Positions 35,956-48,768 of a stretch of 64,000 nucleotides of DNA are shown here, piece by piece (positions within the stretch are counted from its first letter, which is position 1; every line of letters begins with the position of its first letter). Both the position numbers and the translations under genes were made by a program. Source of the stretch: Mnemiopsis leidyi. Lineage: Eukaryota. The stretch lies in assembly GCA_048537945.1 (NCBI GenBank), contig CM108484.1, forward strand, positions 19,073,034-19,137,033, in the 5' to 3' direction. The notes below the pieces were generated by a model. The model did no database searches, had not been told where the DNA came from, and worked only from the letters and a program-made list of their open reading frames with translations.

Positions 35956-37071
35956 TTTACATCATACTGAACGTGAAACAGTTTCATATGATTGAAATTG
36001 TTAACATATAATTTTTCAAATCATCGGTTCCAAATGAAAGTCTCCCCGAGATTTTACCGAAGAACTCTGAATTGGGGAATTTTAAGTGTTGCTGCTTTTT
36101 AAGTTTTTATACCAGATTTGATCGACTGAATAACTGATAAAGTATATACGAGTAATAACGATAATCTTTGAAATGGCGATCATATTTTGTTCATTTCTGA
36201 TTGACAACCGAAGCAATTTTTATGTTTCGTTTTATCTTTTAATGTTTTACCATTGTCAGTTTTTCGTATGACCATGAAATATTGATACTTGTTGGGGTTT
36301 CCTTTGAATTTTTATCTTTTGAGATAACAAAAGAGTTGACAGAAAGCATGTAATATCATGTTAAGAAAGGCTGAAATTTTGATTATTGACTTTGAGCCTG
36401 TGATTGATAATCTGCCTTTATGTTTATGTTTGTGCCTTTATGTTTATATTCATGCCTTTGTCATTATGTTTATATTCATGGTAGTAATAACTAAGAAAAA
36501 GATTGCCAAAAACTTGCCCATGTTGTGTTGAAACAGTTTGAGTTGTCATGTTAAAGTTAAACTAAGTTTACTACGAAAGTTGTGCTCGAACTAGTAAGGT
36601 CAGTTAACATGAGACGAAACGAATGAAAGCTGATACTATAAGTATCCTCAAGTACCCCCTCAAGTAAGTAAGTACTATATTTTTGGATTAAAGAGTTTTG
36701 GATTTTTTCGAATCACCGATCTAGTATTTCTTATTTGTTATTAGAATAGGTACGTGAAATCGTAGTTATAATAAATAGTTGAATCTTCGAATATGATATC
36801 ATTTCAGTTTCACAATCTTTCACTTCAACTGCAATTGATATTAATTATTTATAAACATTAAAATCAAGTCATAATATCATCCATAAGTAACTAGAAATTT
36901 TCCATCCAAATTTTTTAACTGTCTCTAGTTGTAAAGCTGTTTCTAACTGAAACTCAATGTACTATTGTGAATTAAATGTCCTATTTTCATTTTTCTTTGA
37001 AGCGCTAAGTGTCTTAGGTCTTGTATCTGTATTTGCAACCTCGACAAATCTGTATTTGAAGTTCGATCGAT

Positions 37072-37330
37072 AGGGGACGTTCACATATGATGTCATTATC
37101 CTGGGGGGGGGGGGTTCAAAATGATGACGATTGATGACGAGGGGGGAAGGTGGTTTTGCGAATGATAATGTCATCGAAAATCGACAATTTTTCGGAGATT
37201 TTTTTAGAATTTCAAAAAGAATTTATATTAATTTTTTATGATTCTTTTTGAAATGTTTCAAAAAAAGAAGAACAATTTTCAAGTGAAATTCAAGTAAGAC
37301 AATTTGCAAGTTAATTTTCTGTAATATAAG
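37072..37330. mobile_element. Truncated copy of the GGGGTCGTTCACATATGACGTCA-TIR MITE (left half only)
   Basis: GGGGACGTTCACATATGATGTCATTATCCTGGGGGGGGGGGGTTCAAAATGATGACGATTGATGACGAGGGGGGAAGG matches the start of 28608-28700. Confidence 0.5.
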
Positions 37331-37429
37331 GTAAAATTGAAAATGGTATAATCTAACCTGTAAGCGCTAAAGATATGGCCCATTTCTGCCAAGCCACCTA
37401 CATATGTCTCAGTGAAATTTAAGGCTGCT

Positions 37430-37700
37430 CATGCTTGTACTGGGAATGTTTGTCGTTGTCGCGGTGATACCCGACTCGTTAGAACGTTAGACGGATATAA
37501 TCTCGTCAATGTTTGTCGCGGTGCAGATACCCGACTCACGCAGTTTCGTTAGAACGGTAGAAGGATATAATCTCGTCAAATCAAGATGGATTAGTGTTGT
37601 CGAGGTGTTACCCGACCCGCGCGCGGCTCGCAGTTTTCTGCTCTCCTCGCGAGAGAACGTTAGACGGATATCATCTCGTCAAGATTAGTGAAATTATGAA
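37430..37700. repeat. Composite repeat cluster: three successive right-end modules (...GTTAGACGGATATAATCTCGTCAA) of the foldback-like family
   Basis: TGTCGCGGTGATACCCGACTC and TTGTCGAGGTGTTACCCGACCCGCGCGCGGCTCGCAGTTTTCTGC modules, each ending in CGTTAGACGGATAT(A/C)ATCTCGTCAA. Confidence 0.55.
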
Positions 37701-37984
37701 TTACGTCGCTAATTGCTAATCACAGCGCTGGCAAGCGCGACCGGTTTTTTCTTCTTCCACCAAAAACTTGCCAGCACTGTAATACAAAATTGGTACGATT
37801 TGGCAAAAATGGCCATGTTCAGGTGTCTTAAAAACCATGTTAGAATTGAGATAAAAACTTGAAACTTTGCAAACCTACTAGAAGTTGGCCGAACTAATGG
37901 CAAAAAAAATTTGAAGGTCAACAAGTATCGGGAAGGGGGGTTTCTGGAACCCCCGTTTTCAAACAAATTGTCGTTTTATTATTA

Positions 37985-38575
37985 TTATTATTCATTATCG
38001 AGATAATCGCGGATGAAGATAAGCGTTTTTTACTAAAAATCACGTGAAATGTCTGCAATTTTGTGCAACTTATAACGAAAGAACCATACATAATTGAGCT
38101 TAAAACGACCTAGGGTCTAAAAGATAATCGTTTGGGGCGTGCTTTAGGCTAGGTCTCATTTCAAAATGTTAAAAGGCAACGCCCCTATGACGTCATCATT
38201 TTTAGAAAAAATTTCATTATCGAATATTCAAAAACCAAATTTTTTAAAGTTCATTTTATTGTTTTAAGATGCAGATTGAGTGAAAATGAAGACCATAATA
38301 ACGAAAGATAATCGTTTCTACTGTCGAATGCTGTCGTCCAAAAGTCGATTATCTTGTTTCATTATCAAGATAATCGCGGATGAAGATAAGCGTTTTTTAC
38401 TAAAAATCACGTGAAATGTCTGCAATTTTGTGCAACTTATAACGAAAGAACCATACATAATTGAGCTTAAAACGACCTAGGGTCTAAAAGATAATCGTTT
38501 GGGGCGTGCTTTAGGCTAGGTTTCATTTCAAAATGTTAAAAGGCCACGCCCCTATGACGTCATCATTAGAAGAAA
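37985..38575. repeat. ~215-bp direct repeat x2 (37990-38210 and 38350-38570), about 98% identical
   Basis: ATAATCGCGGATGAAGATAAGCGTTTTTTACTAAAAATCACGTGAAATG...CCCCTATGACGTCATCATT is present twice. Confidence 0.85.
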
Positions 38576-38809
38576 AAGTTTGTGAATTTTGAAAATTTTG
38601 CAATATTTCATAATTGAGAAAATCGACTTTTTCAAAGTTCCTTCCTAGCAGGTTAAAGGATGCATTTTAAACTAACTCGAAGGCAATGGCTCGAAAGATA
38701 ATCGCTTTGTCTTAATGCCTTTTCACATCAGCTTCAATCATCCCACCAAATCCAAAGTTCTAAACCAGGCTTCTATACAGTTTTTGCACGTATAGCGGCC
38801 ATCCTAAAC

Positions 38810-39500
38810 CAAAAGATGTGATATAAATTGACCAAAACCCAAAACTTGGGTGTATGTGACCGCTTTTTAAAGACCCTCGATTAAATCGCTATCAAAAGTA
38901 TCGCAGCTTAATAAACAACGTTATCTAAATGCGTTAAAAAGGTGTGATATCGAAAGTTCTGACCGCTATTTCTTAACTCGAAAACGGTCGCTTGCTTTGG
39001 CCGTCACGCCATTAATGTCAGTTGTCAGGCTCATCAAATTATGAAAACCTTCAAATTTTTAAAGAGTATTTCTTTCAAATCTATTGGAATACTGCTTATA
39101 TCTAAGTTAAACTGTTAAATGCCGAAGTTCAATAATTGTAGGCAGTCCATATTGACCTACCGCAAGTTGACCTATAATTTTAGCTTCACTTTAGTGCTCA
39201 GATAACAACTTCAAGTTCATACCTGCCTCGAACTTCAGTACAAAGCGTTAACAATCTTTCTTTGAACTGAAAATTTTGTCGAACAATTTGATGAGCCTGA
39301 AAACTGACAAATGGCGTGACGGCCAAAGCAAGCGACCGTTTTCGAGTTAAGAAATAGCGGTCAGAACTTTCGATATCACATCTTTTTAACGCATTTAGAT
39401 AACGTTGTTTATTAAGCTGCGATACTTTTGATAGCGATTTAATCGAGGGTCTTTAAAAAGCGGTCACATACACCCAAGTTTTGGGTTTTGGTCAATTTAT
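38810..39500. repeat. Large inverted repeat (foldback): arms about 38810-39050 and 39285-39500, with a ~235-bp spacer
   Basis: GACCGCTTTTTAAAGACCCTCGATTAAATCGCTATCAAAAGTATCGCAGCTTAATAAACAACG... recurs as its reverse complement. Confidence 0.8.
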
Positions 39501-39589
39501 TGTCCAAAGCTTTTTGAGTTTTTGAAACGTGGCTTCATACTCATCACTCATTACCGGGCGCTGCGCGGCTCTCTCTACGTTTCCCCCAA

Positions 39590-40930
39590 AGTTTGAAGTT
39601 GTCTGACTTTGTCCGACCCTCATTCGAAGCGAATAGAGGAGAATAAAAATCAAATGACGGGAGGGTGCGCGCTGCTGTACAACCTCAAGCAACATAGACT
39701 AGACTGAGGTCCCCAGGCAATGCAACATATTCAATCATCAATATTGCTAAACCAGTTACTCTAACCCTAGAGCCCTTTTACGCGCAACTGCAGCATGCAG
39801 AGATAGCGTAGCTGGTAGCGTCGCGTTCGTAAGCATCTTTGCTAAGCTAACATTGACGAGATGATATCCGTCTAACATTCTAACGAAACGTTAGGAGGAG
39901 AGCAGAAAACTGCGAGCCGCGCGCGGGTCGGGTAACATCTCGACAAAGCTAACATAGTCCTGTGGCTCGCGCGCCCGCGTCCTAATTTCGCGCTAACAGC
40001 TAAGCTCGTGCACAGGGATATACGTGATACGTGTTTAGCAATAAGCACCTGAGCTGGTTATATAGGTGAGCTAAACCAGTATAGTATAGTCCTTTCTAAA
40101 CACATATATATCCCTTGCTTAAGCTTACTAGCTTAGCGCAAAATTAGGACGGACGCGCGACGCAAAAGCTCACAGATAGGCCACGCGCAGCGCGAGCCAC
40201 AGGGCTATGTTGGTTTAGCAAGTATAGCCCATATGTGTGTGCGCGCAAATTCGCGGACAGGTCGCCAGACACGGCAGCTCGCTCACACAGGTGAGAACTT
40301 GTCGCGATGTTACCCGACCCGCGCGCGGCTCGCAGTTTTCTGCATTCTAACGTTTCGTTAGAATGTTAGACGGATATCATCTCGTCAAGTGAGAACAGGC
40401 ACACACATATGGGCTATACTTGTACAGCAGCGCGCACCCTCCCGCGTCATTTTATTCTCCGCTTCGAATGAGGGTCGGACAAAGTCAGACAAGCGCCATA
40501 CTGGTTAAACAAATTAAGCCAAGCTTTTTCAGCCAGCTGTGGTGGTTGCTAGACGTTGCCTGGCCGGCCGGCGCGCACTTTGTAGTGGAAATATGGTGGC
40601 GCACGCGAAAGGGCTCTGGTTAGAGCAATATAAATATGAAAGGGCATGATGGCTAAGTACTTTGGTCCTTGTCGCGGTGATACTCGACTCACGCAGATAA
40701 ATTGCTCTAACCAGAGCCTCTTTTCGCGCGTCGCGTAGCAACCGCGCGCGTAGCGTGCGTAAGTACCTGGTTAGGTGAACAGCTAGAAGAACGGTAAACG
40801 GATATAATCAATAATCTCGTCAAATAAGTTCCTTGAAAAAGATTAAGTTCAGCAGCGCGCATCCTCCTGTCATTTTGTTGTCGGAGATTTATTATTCTGT
40901 TCGCTTCAAATTAGGGTCGGACAAAGTCAG
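39590..40930. repeat. Composite repeat cluster 3, including a ~540-bp foldback-like element (39853-40390) with ~95-bp, ~95%-identical TIRs and nested internal palindromes, plus three mini-element copies (39605-39690 reverse complement, 40425-40500, 40850-40930)
   Basis: Left TIR CATTGACGAGATGATATCCGTCTAACATTCTAACGAAACGTTAGGAGGAGAGCAGAAAACTGCGAGCCGCGCGCGGGTCGGGTAACATCTCGACAA. Its reverse complement lies at 40290-40390. Confidence 0.6.
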
Positions 40931-42264
40931 ACAAGAAAAAGAACACACAAGTACCTTGAAAAAGAACACACTAAACCCATCTTCAACAGGCTTAAGATTA
41001 TTACTGTGCAAGCGTTATACAAATACCACAGTATTTCTGAAATCTTAAAAATCGTCGGATCTCTCAGTCCAAACCCCATTAAGAAAGGAGAGATATTTAT
41101 CCAAACGTGAAACAAATTATGTAATCTATTCATTCATGACTATCTATTCAAATCAAAAGGATATTTAGATAGGAACTGAAATTTATCTTTCTACTTCGTG
41201 GATATCTATAATCATGTATAGGAAATCATTGATTTAGCTGTAATTGCGGGGCTTGGTCAGCACAACTTCAATAATTTATAATTTTTCACAAGGGAAGATT
41301 GACTGAGAGCTTTTGAGCCTATCCTAATTTCTACAGCTTGACTAACAAAAAGAGACCTAGTAGCAAAGGGGGGTACACAATCCTCACGGTCTTTACTCTC
41401 CTATATCAGCCAGTTTTCTCAGTTTTGCATATAATTTCTCAACTAGAAAACCTTAAGTGACCGATTTTATTGCTATGACATTGATACCTGCTTTTCTCAA
41501 GCTAACAGGACCTCGTAATCTTTGGTAAAAAGTAGGATTATTAACGATTTATTTTAATTGATGCTTTTCATTTAAAAGGACCCCTTCCGTTTCATGATAT
41601 GAATTTAATTTGTTGTTTTCCTGAATTTGTTTTTTCCTACCAATGTTTGAGATTCCTTTCCAACTCTTGGATCTCATCAAGCACAATGTCTGGATCTCCT
41701 GTAAAAACTGCTGCACCCTCCAATAAACATTTCTGCCATGTTTTTCTGTGTCGTTTTTGTAATTGATTGGTCGCATCTGGCAATCGCTGTCACTCAAAAG
41801 AAACAATTTCAGATTCCAAGAATTCTGACATTCACAACTTCCAATGAAAGCATTATGAGGGTATCCATTGTCTCAACAGCTAGAGACTGTTTCCCTCATA
41901 CCCTATGTATGAAGTGTGTGAAAGTCATTTCTCAAATCAATATCAATTTTAAAATTAGATTTCACAGGCTCTTAATTCCCTGCTTTGTGAGATTGAAGAA
42001 CTTAACTTGTGTTCATAATCAAGCATATTGTCTTATATTGCCTTTCATCTGCTTTCATCTGCTTTCTTCTGTGAAAGATTATATTGTCTTATATTGCCTT
42101 TCATCTGCTTTCATCTGTGAAAGATTATATTGTCTTATATTGCCTTTCATCTGTGAAAGATTATTCAACTTGATCTGTGTTTAATTATTGAAGCTTTTCT
42201 TAGATTTCATCTGCTATATATGAAATTGATGTGATTTCTGAAACCTTATTTTTAGGATAGCAGA

Positions 42265-42310
42265 ATGGCAAGTAATCAACCTGCTTGGATGGCTTGGCCC
42301 CTTCCACCAG
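42265..42310 (+). CDS. WW-domain gene, exon 1 (MASNQPAWMAWPLPP, phase 1)
   Basis: The ATG is followed by LPPG, which runs into the WW domain of exon 2. GTTTAT donor. Confidence 0.45.
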
Positions 42311-42399
42311 GTTTATTTTTTTAATAAAAGCCTGTACATAGATTAATTAAGATACACAATTTGTTGAACTAAAACTTTTTTAAAATCAGTATTATTAAA

Positions 42400-42580
42400 T
42401 ACTAGGAGTGCGCTGAAGGCATTTGCCTATCCAATCTTCTTCAGTCCACTCAGCCCAATGACCAGGAAACTGTGTTGGAGGGTTAAATGAGGAGGGTCTC
42501 CATCAAAAGATCAAAAATCTTCCAGGAGCCCCTTCAGTTTAACTATAAAAGCCTGGGTACAGGTGTGACAAAAAATTAAA
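42400..42580 (+). mobile_element. tRNA-derived SINE copy (5'-truncated) in intron 1 of the WW-domain gene
   Basis: GCATTTGCCTATCCAATCTTCTTCAGTCCACTCAGCCCAATGACCAGGAAACTGTG...AAAGCCTGGGTACAGGTGTGAC matches the copies at 31130 and 54611. Confidence 0.65.
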
Positions 42581-42653
42581 TTCACTTTAAAATCTATGAT
42601 AATTTATAATGTGATGCAAAAAATGATTCTATTGCATTCTATAATTTCGTCAG

Positions 42654-42769
42654 GTTGGGAGGCCAGATATGATGGAAATACTCGAAGATACTTTTTTATC
42701 AACCATCAAACCAAACAAACACAATGGAATGACCCTAGGATTGCAATCTATGAAGAGCAGCAAAGAGGG
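42654..42769 (+). CDS. WW-domain gene, exon 2: WW domain (GWEARYDGNTRRYFFINHQTKQTQWNDPR)
   Basis: Canonical WW signature W...G.YY.NH.T..T.W..P. AG at 42652-53, GTGAGA donor at 42770. Confidence 0.75.
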
Positions 42770-43420
42770 GTGAGACATTTATATTTTCACATTGCATCAT
42801 ATCTCCCTTACCAACAGTTTTGGTTGGTTTTAAGTGATTTACATATATGAAACAAAATTTGCTAGTATTAGCAAATCTCAAATGTTGGCAGGAATCTATT
42901 GTGCACTAAGTTTGTGCTAAATTGAAAATAGTAAAATAGCTTGTTTCATAAAACAGGACAGTCAAGCTTTAACAAAAATAAAGAGTAAAAACGCTCTCTA
43001 AAGAATTATTTGATTCATTACGTCTTCTTGAAATTTAAGTAATTAACAATGTTTGGTAATGCACAGATTCGAGCTCGACAGGAAGCTCAACTAAAACAGA
43101 AAGTAAACTAATACTTCTGCTTTCCTGCTGTTGGTTCTATAGTGTGATCTTAAACGACTTATGTGCAGCAACTTTTTTTTAAACTTTTGCCTGAAATGAT
43201 AGTGATTAAGGTAGTCAAGAAGTTTGTAGGCTTCTTCCATTCCACTAAAAGAAGCTCATGTTACTTCTGTCTTGTTAGGAATTTTATCTTGTGTGTCATC
43301 CCACTTATCTATTGTAGATTCTTTTCCCAGTGGCCTACTTATCCCTTTAAGTTCCTTCATTGAACAACTTTGTAGAAAATTGAGTACACCATTTTTATTG
43401 AATATTCATTGAAACAGCAG

Positions 43421-43489
43421 GTTCAAGCTCAAGCTCAAAGAGAAGCTCAAGCCCAGAGAGAAGCTGAACAAAGACAACAAAGAGAGCTT
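43421..43489 (+). CDS. WW-domain gene, exon 3 (VQAQAQREAQAQREAEQRQQREL)
   Basis: AG and GTAAGG sites, phase 0. Q/A-rich heptad-like sequence. Confidence 0.55.
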
Positions 43490-43823
43490 GTAAGGATTTG
43501 CATGAGAAGCTTTCTTTGCCACTTTTGCATGGCTGTTCAAGATATGATTAGGTTTACTTAATGGCTTCCTCAGAACCAAAACATGGCTGTTATAGTATTA
43601 ATATGCATATAGAATAGTAAAAAGGTTGTAGACACTCAGCACTTTCGATTGATTTGAATTTGCTAGTACTTATAAACACTTAGCTGAACAAACTAGTAAA
43701 TGATTTCAGATGATATGCTATGAGAAACATTTTCACTTCACAATATAATTGTATATTGTATATATATATATATAATTTATAATATATCAATAATATCTCG
43801 AAAATACAATGTGACATGTTCAG

Positions 43824-43877
43824 CAACAACAAGCACAAGCTCAAAGAGAGGCCTATGAGCGTCAACAGAGGGAAATT
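43824..43877 (+). CDS. WW-domain gene, exon 4 (QQQAQAQREAYERQQREI)
   Basis: AG and GTAAGA sites, phase 0. Confidence 0.55.
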
Positions 43878-44174
43878 GTAAGAATGTGGCTTCTAAACTA
43901 AGAAAATTATCTTAATTCATTTTTCTTAAGCCCGTTTTTAATCGTTTTTGCAAACAATCTGTAGTTTTTAGAGTTGATATTTTTAATCAAGTGCCAAGTT
44001 TGTTCAATTCGTAACAAAAGTTGCTACAAAAGAAGCACGAAAATTTGTTGGCCATAGTTAACACTCAGAAGTTCAGTAGTTGTTTGGGATATAAGTTTAC
44101 TCGTGACAGAATTTGTGATTTTGATGTGGTTGGTTAGCAATTATGCCATCCATACCTTATGTGAGTTATTGCAG

Positions 44175-44234
44175 CAGCAACAACAACAAGCACAAGCTCA
44201 GCGAGAAGCTCATGAACGTTACCAAAGGCAATTA
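44175..44234 (+). CDS. WW-domain gene, exon 5 (QQQQQAQAQREAHERYQRQL)
   Basis: AG and GTAAGA sites, phase 0. Confidence 0.55.
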
Positions 44235-44796
44235 GTAAGACACCAACGTTGGACAAAAATGACGATTTGCAATATGTTAAATATGCAGCATCTTTTAGAT
44301 ATCTATAACTTATTTCATTTCTTTTTATGCTAGATGATTCTAGTAACATCTTCATTCTCACCATGATTGTTAGCCTGATTATAACTTCATCACAAAATGT
44401 CCTGTGATGCATGGTTTGATCTTCTAGTCCTTGTCAGAACATTAAACAGTTCTAGTTTTGAAACTGCATAATATATGATAATCAAGGTTAAGATTCTAAC
44501 TTGTAGATAGTGTGAAAGGGGAAATTTCCACTTGTATGCAATACACGTTTTGCCATATTTATACTTTATTACTCGAGTACCCAGGTACAGGTGTTACCAT
44601 TACTATCTATTTTCTAATTTTGATATCTCTCTTATTTTTTACTTTGTATTACCTAGACCTTAGTCTTCAACTTTATCCGTAGTTATCAGTGCTGAAGTTC
44701 CTCTCAACCGTTGTTCCTTTCGTACACTGTTTTGCAATTTCACTTGATAAACAGTTTTTGTTGTTTACAAAGAGATGAAGGTGCTAAACATTGCAG

Positions 44797-44865
44797 CAAC
44801 AGCAGCGTCAGGCTCAGGCACAAGCTCAGGGTCACGCATGGGCTCAAGCGCAGGCTCAAGCACAG
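44797..44865 (+). CDS. WW-domain gene, exon 6 (QQQRQAQAQAQGHAWAQAQAQAQ)
   Basis: AG and GTACCG sites, phase 0. Paralogous to exon 8. Confidence 0.5.
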
Positions 44866-45213
44866 GTACCGATTAAAGAAAAAGAAGTTATGAGGATGTC
44901 TGTCTTGTGTATTTATCTCCTTCCTCAAGACCTTACCCATTGTTAATCTATATTCAAGTGTACTTCTTTGCTTGTTGCTCTTTTTGGATGTCCAGATAAC
45001 ACTTTTGAAGCCCAAATCAGTTTTAAGATATTGGCTTTGTTGGACATTTTCATTTTTCACTCTACAGTTTTGGGTCACATATTGGTACTGCTGTGCTTAA
45101 TTGAAAATAATAGACTTATTTATTTTGGTGACTTACTATATTTAATGAAATTTTTTCTTTTTGTTTCTTAAACATGGTTTTATAACAATTTCAACCATAT
45201 TTGTTAATTGCAG

Positions 45214-45279
45214 CAGCAACAGCAACCAGCGCGCCCCCTAACAGCTAGGGAACAGTATGAGCGTCAACAAGGAGAAATT
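45214..45279 (+). CDS. WW-domain gene, exon 7 (QQQQPARPLTAREQYERQQGEI)
   Basis: AG and GTAAGA sites, phase 0. Paralogous to exon 9. Confidence 0.5.
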
Positions 45280-46090
45280 GTAAGATACCAGAGCATTTGA
45301 CTGACAAGAAATCTTGAACATCAAATTTTTGTGTTTTTTTCTATTTTAATCTGTTTATAATCTTTCGTATGCTAGTTCACTACAGTATGCTCCCTACTTT
45401 ATTTCACTGATTCTGTGAAAAGGATTTTAATTGAAATCTAAAACTTTTTAGCTTTGCCACTTAGATGCTGAAGATCTTGACTTGATTCATCATAAAACAA
45501 GAGACGTCCTCCGTGAATGCCCTCGGGTTATAGAAGCATCTTGTGGCCTTTACTAGCATTTGCATTTTTTGCTTTTTTTTCGCATTAGCCTCTTCGCCTT
45601 TTGCCAATACTGATGATTCATTTTTTACAAAAACTTTTGTTTTCTTTTTTCTAAGTTAAGCTTTTCTTTCCTTTTTTATAAGGAAACACACTTTCTTGGG
45701 AGTCATACAATCCTGCCAACTATGTGTGTATTCCCTAACTGTGAGCGTTTCCAGAATTCAATGGAGTTGTGTAGATAGATTGATTTGAATTGAAAATTGT
45801 TTAAAAAGTTGTTTACGGTACAGGTGTGACCATTATTATCTATTTCTTCATTCAGATCTTGTTAAGCAGAGTTTAAGCCAATTTTGAAATTTTTCCGTAT
45901 TCTTAACTTCTGTACCACCTTAGTTTGTAACTTTATCCTTAGTCATCAGTTACCACCTTAGTTTTCAACTTTTTCCTTAGTCATCAGTAAGAAAGTTCCT
46001 CCCGGTGGATCCATTCGTTAACTCTTTAGTAATTTCACTTGATAAACAGTTTATCTTGTATACAAAGAGACAAGGATGCTAAACATTGCA

Positions 46091-46171
46091 GCAACAGCAA
46101 TGGCAGGCCCAGGCTCAAGTGCAAGCTCAAGGGCAGGCTCAAGCACAGGCTCAAGCTCAATCTCAAGCACA
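46091..46171 (+). CDS. WW-domain gene, exon 8 (QQQWQAQAQVQAQGQAQAQAQAQSQAQ), a duplicate of exon 6
   Basis: Lies in the second copy of the 1.25-kb tandem segmental duplication. Splice sites are conserved. Confidence 0.45.
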
Positions 46172-46578
46172 GGTACCGATTAAAGAAAAATAAGTTATGA
46201 GGATGTGTGTCTTGTGTATTTATCTCCTTCTTCAAGACCTTACCCATTGTTAATCTATTTTCAAGTGTACTTCTTTGCTTGTTGCTCTTTTTGGATGTCT
46301 GGATGACACTTTAAACCCCAAATCAGTTTTAGATATCGGCGTTGTTGGACCTTTTCCCTTTCTAGTTTTAGGCCACATTTTGGTAATTCTGTGCTTAGTT
46401 GAAAATAATTAATTTTGGTGATTCTAAAACTTATGTAGTGTGGTACTTGTTATTACCTTGTTTACTAGATTCAATGCACTTACTTCTCTTTGTTTCTTAA
46501 ACATATTTAATGAACTTTTTTCTTTTTGTTTCTTAAACATGGTTTTATAACAATTTCAACCATATTCGTTAATTGCAG

Positions 46579-46644
46579 CAGCAACAGCAACCAGGGCGCC
46601 CCCTAACAGCTAGGGAACAGTATGGGCGTCAACAAACAGAAATT
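46579..46644 (+). CDS. WW-domain gene, exon 9 (QQQQPGRPLTAREQYGRQQTEI), a duplicate of exon 7
   Basis: As for exon 8. Both members of the exon pair keep phase 0. Confidence 0.45.
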
Positions 46645-47477
46645 GTAAGATTTCAGAGCATTTGATTGACAGGAAATCTTCAAGAACATCATATTTTTAT
46701 GATGATTTTTACGATAGTCCGTTTAACTTTTTGTTTTCACTTTGCTACATACTTTGTTTTGCTCATTTTATTTTTCTTGGCATCATTATAAACTAAGACT
46801 TTCATGTCAAGTTATACCATTGACTCATAGAGTCGACTTTGCCAGATGGTCAATGCTCGGGGCTTTATATACATAAACTGTCATAGCTTTGCCACTGAAA
46901 TACCAAAGATCTCTACCTAATTCGTCATAAAACAATAAAAATTCCTTCGTGGACATCTTCATGGAGCTTTCTTCAAATATTTTTGTCATAAATGACATTG
47001 TTTTACCTGATATTTTGAAACTCTTGCTTATATAATCTCTGGTGTGTTTTAAGACATTGGTTTAATATATATTAACCTAATAAAAAACTGTCGGACAACA
47101 GTGTTGACTGACTTGACTAAACTTAGACGTTCGACTTCTGCTATATCAGCACATTGCATGAAGCATCACTGATTCTTTGATCTGCAACCATTATAGCACC
47201 AAGTACTTATCATACTATCCTGCAATAATCCTCCGATAACAAATGATATTCAGGTGTCTGATCAATACCAGGAACTGGTTTTAGAACAGGAACTTTGTAA
47301 TTTAATTTTTAATTTATCTTAATACTAGCAGTAAGTTTTACTTACTCCTACTCCCTCTAGATACAATAGTAGTAACTCACACACAAATGTGTTGTTTATC
47401 TGAATTCTGAATGAGAGGATATTGCAGTCACACTGCTCCCCTTGAGAACCAAACACACCCGGAGGAACATGGCAGTA

Positions 47478-47750
<273 letters not shown>

Positions 47751-47757
47751 ATTTCAG

Positions 47758-47879
47758 GCAGCCCAGCAGTCTACTGCAGCTGACGAGGCGAGGCGAGAGG
47801 AAGAAGAGCGGGAACGACAGAGAGAAGAACGGGAGAGAATGAGGAGGCAGGAGATGCAGCAAGTTACAATGTTCGACCC
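47758..47879 (+). CDS. WW-domain gene, exon 10 (AAQQSTAADEARREEEERERQREEREERMRRQEMQQVTMFDP)
   Basis: AG at 47756-57, GTACGT donor, ends in phase 2. Confidence 0.55.
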
Positions 47880-48082
47880 GTACGTGATACTTCATTTAAT
47901 TCCATTGCAGCTATTTTGTGTGTAATTGTGATTACATAGTTGGTCCCCTACCTAAATATCTTTTAACTTTTAATAACATTCTCTACAGTATACTAGAAAA
48001 TTTCTGGCACTCAACACAACAAATATGACCACATTTAAACGTCCTACTATTATATAAACCAAACTTTAAATTTCAATTTTAG

Positions 48083-48311
48083 TGAGCCAGAACCTGAACC
48101 AGAGCCTGCTGAAGAGTACGATTTTGAAGTTGACCTCGATGACGCAGACTTCGGTCCAAGTGCCGGAGAGAAGGTAGCCATGATAGACAGTCTTAAAGAA
48201 AAGTATTCCATGCTGGATGAGAGTGTGATAAGCATGGCTCTCGAGGCAAGCAACTGGGACGTCGACCTTGCCACGGTTATCTTTGAAGGGCAAAAAGAAG
48301 AGTTTGAAAAG
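48083..48311 (+). CDS. WW-domain gene, exon 11: acidic EPEPEPEP stretch plus a CUE/UBA-like helical domain (SLKEKYSMLDESVISMALEASNWDVDLATVIFEG)
   Basis: The phase-2 junction gives Pro. Continuous frame 48083-48311. GTTCGA donor. Confidence 0.55.
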
Positions 48312-48491
48312 GTTCGAACGACTTGTTTTTCAGCGTTGATACTGGTTCCATTAAAAAGTCAAATCATTCAATTGTGTCTCTGATTAGAAATCGGAGCAGG
48401 AGTTTGAAACGTGCTTACTTTACCACACTTAGACTTTAAGTATAAAGTGCGTATATTGGAGTCTCCATCCTCCAAGTGATGTTCGTTTCAG

Positions 48492-48626
48492 GAGCAGAAA
48501 AGAAAGCAAGAGATGATGAGGAGGTTGATGGGATCTGACGAGCCAACACCCCCTCCTCAGCCCCAACCTGAGGAGAATTTCAACATATTTGATGATGAGG
48601 AACAAGACGATAAGTCTGAAGATGAT
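48492..48626 (+). CDS. WW-domain gene, exon 12 (EQKRKQEMMRRLMGSDEPTPPPQPQPEENFNIFDDEEQDDKSEDD)
   Basis: AG and GTTAGT sites, phase 0. Confidence 0.5.
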
Positions 48627-48768
48627 GTTAGTACTGCTAACTACCCTTCCTGTTTTCACTTAGCTTCTTTATTCAATTGTCAATTGGGTCATCTATACGC
48701 TGAAATACGAAATTTTTGTCGACTAATAAGTTTTGAAATCTAAGACTTAATAATTTATTTCTGTGCAG

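Larger units (their letters stand above)
44575..47000. repeat. Tandem segmental duplication, 2 x ~1.25 kb (44575-45830 and 45830-47000). Each copy holds a Q/A-rich exon pair and a SINE-tail fragment
   Basis: TTTCACTTGATAAACAGTTT...AAAGAGA...GCTAAACATTGCAGCAACAGCA recurs. Introns are about 85% identical and exons have conserved splice sites. Confidence 0.75.

Noticed and set aside
44134-44412. 92-aa minus-strand ORF
   Set aside because: It is antisense to exon 5 of the WW-domain gene, which is glutamine-codon rich and stop-free on the opposite strand. It has no independent support.
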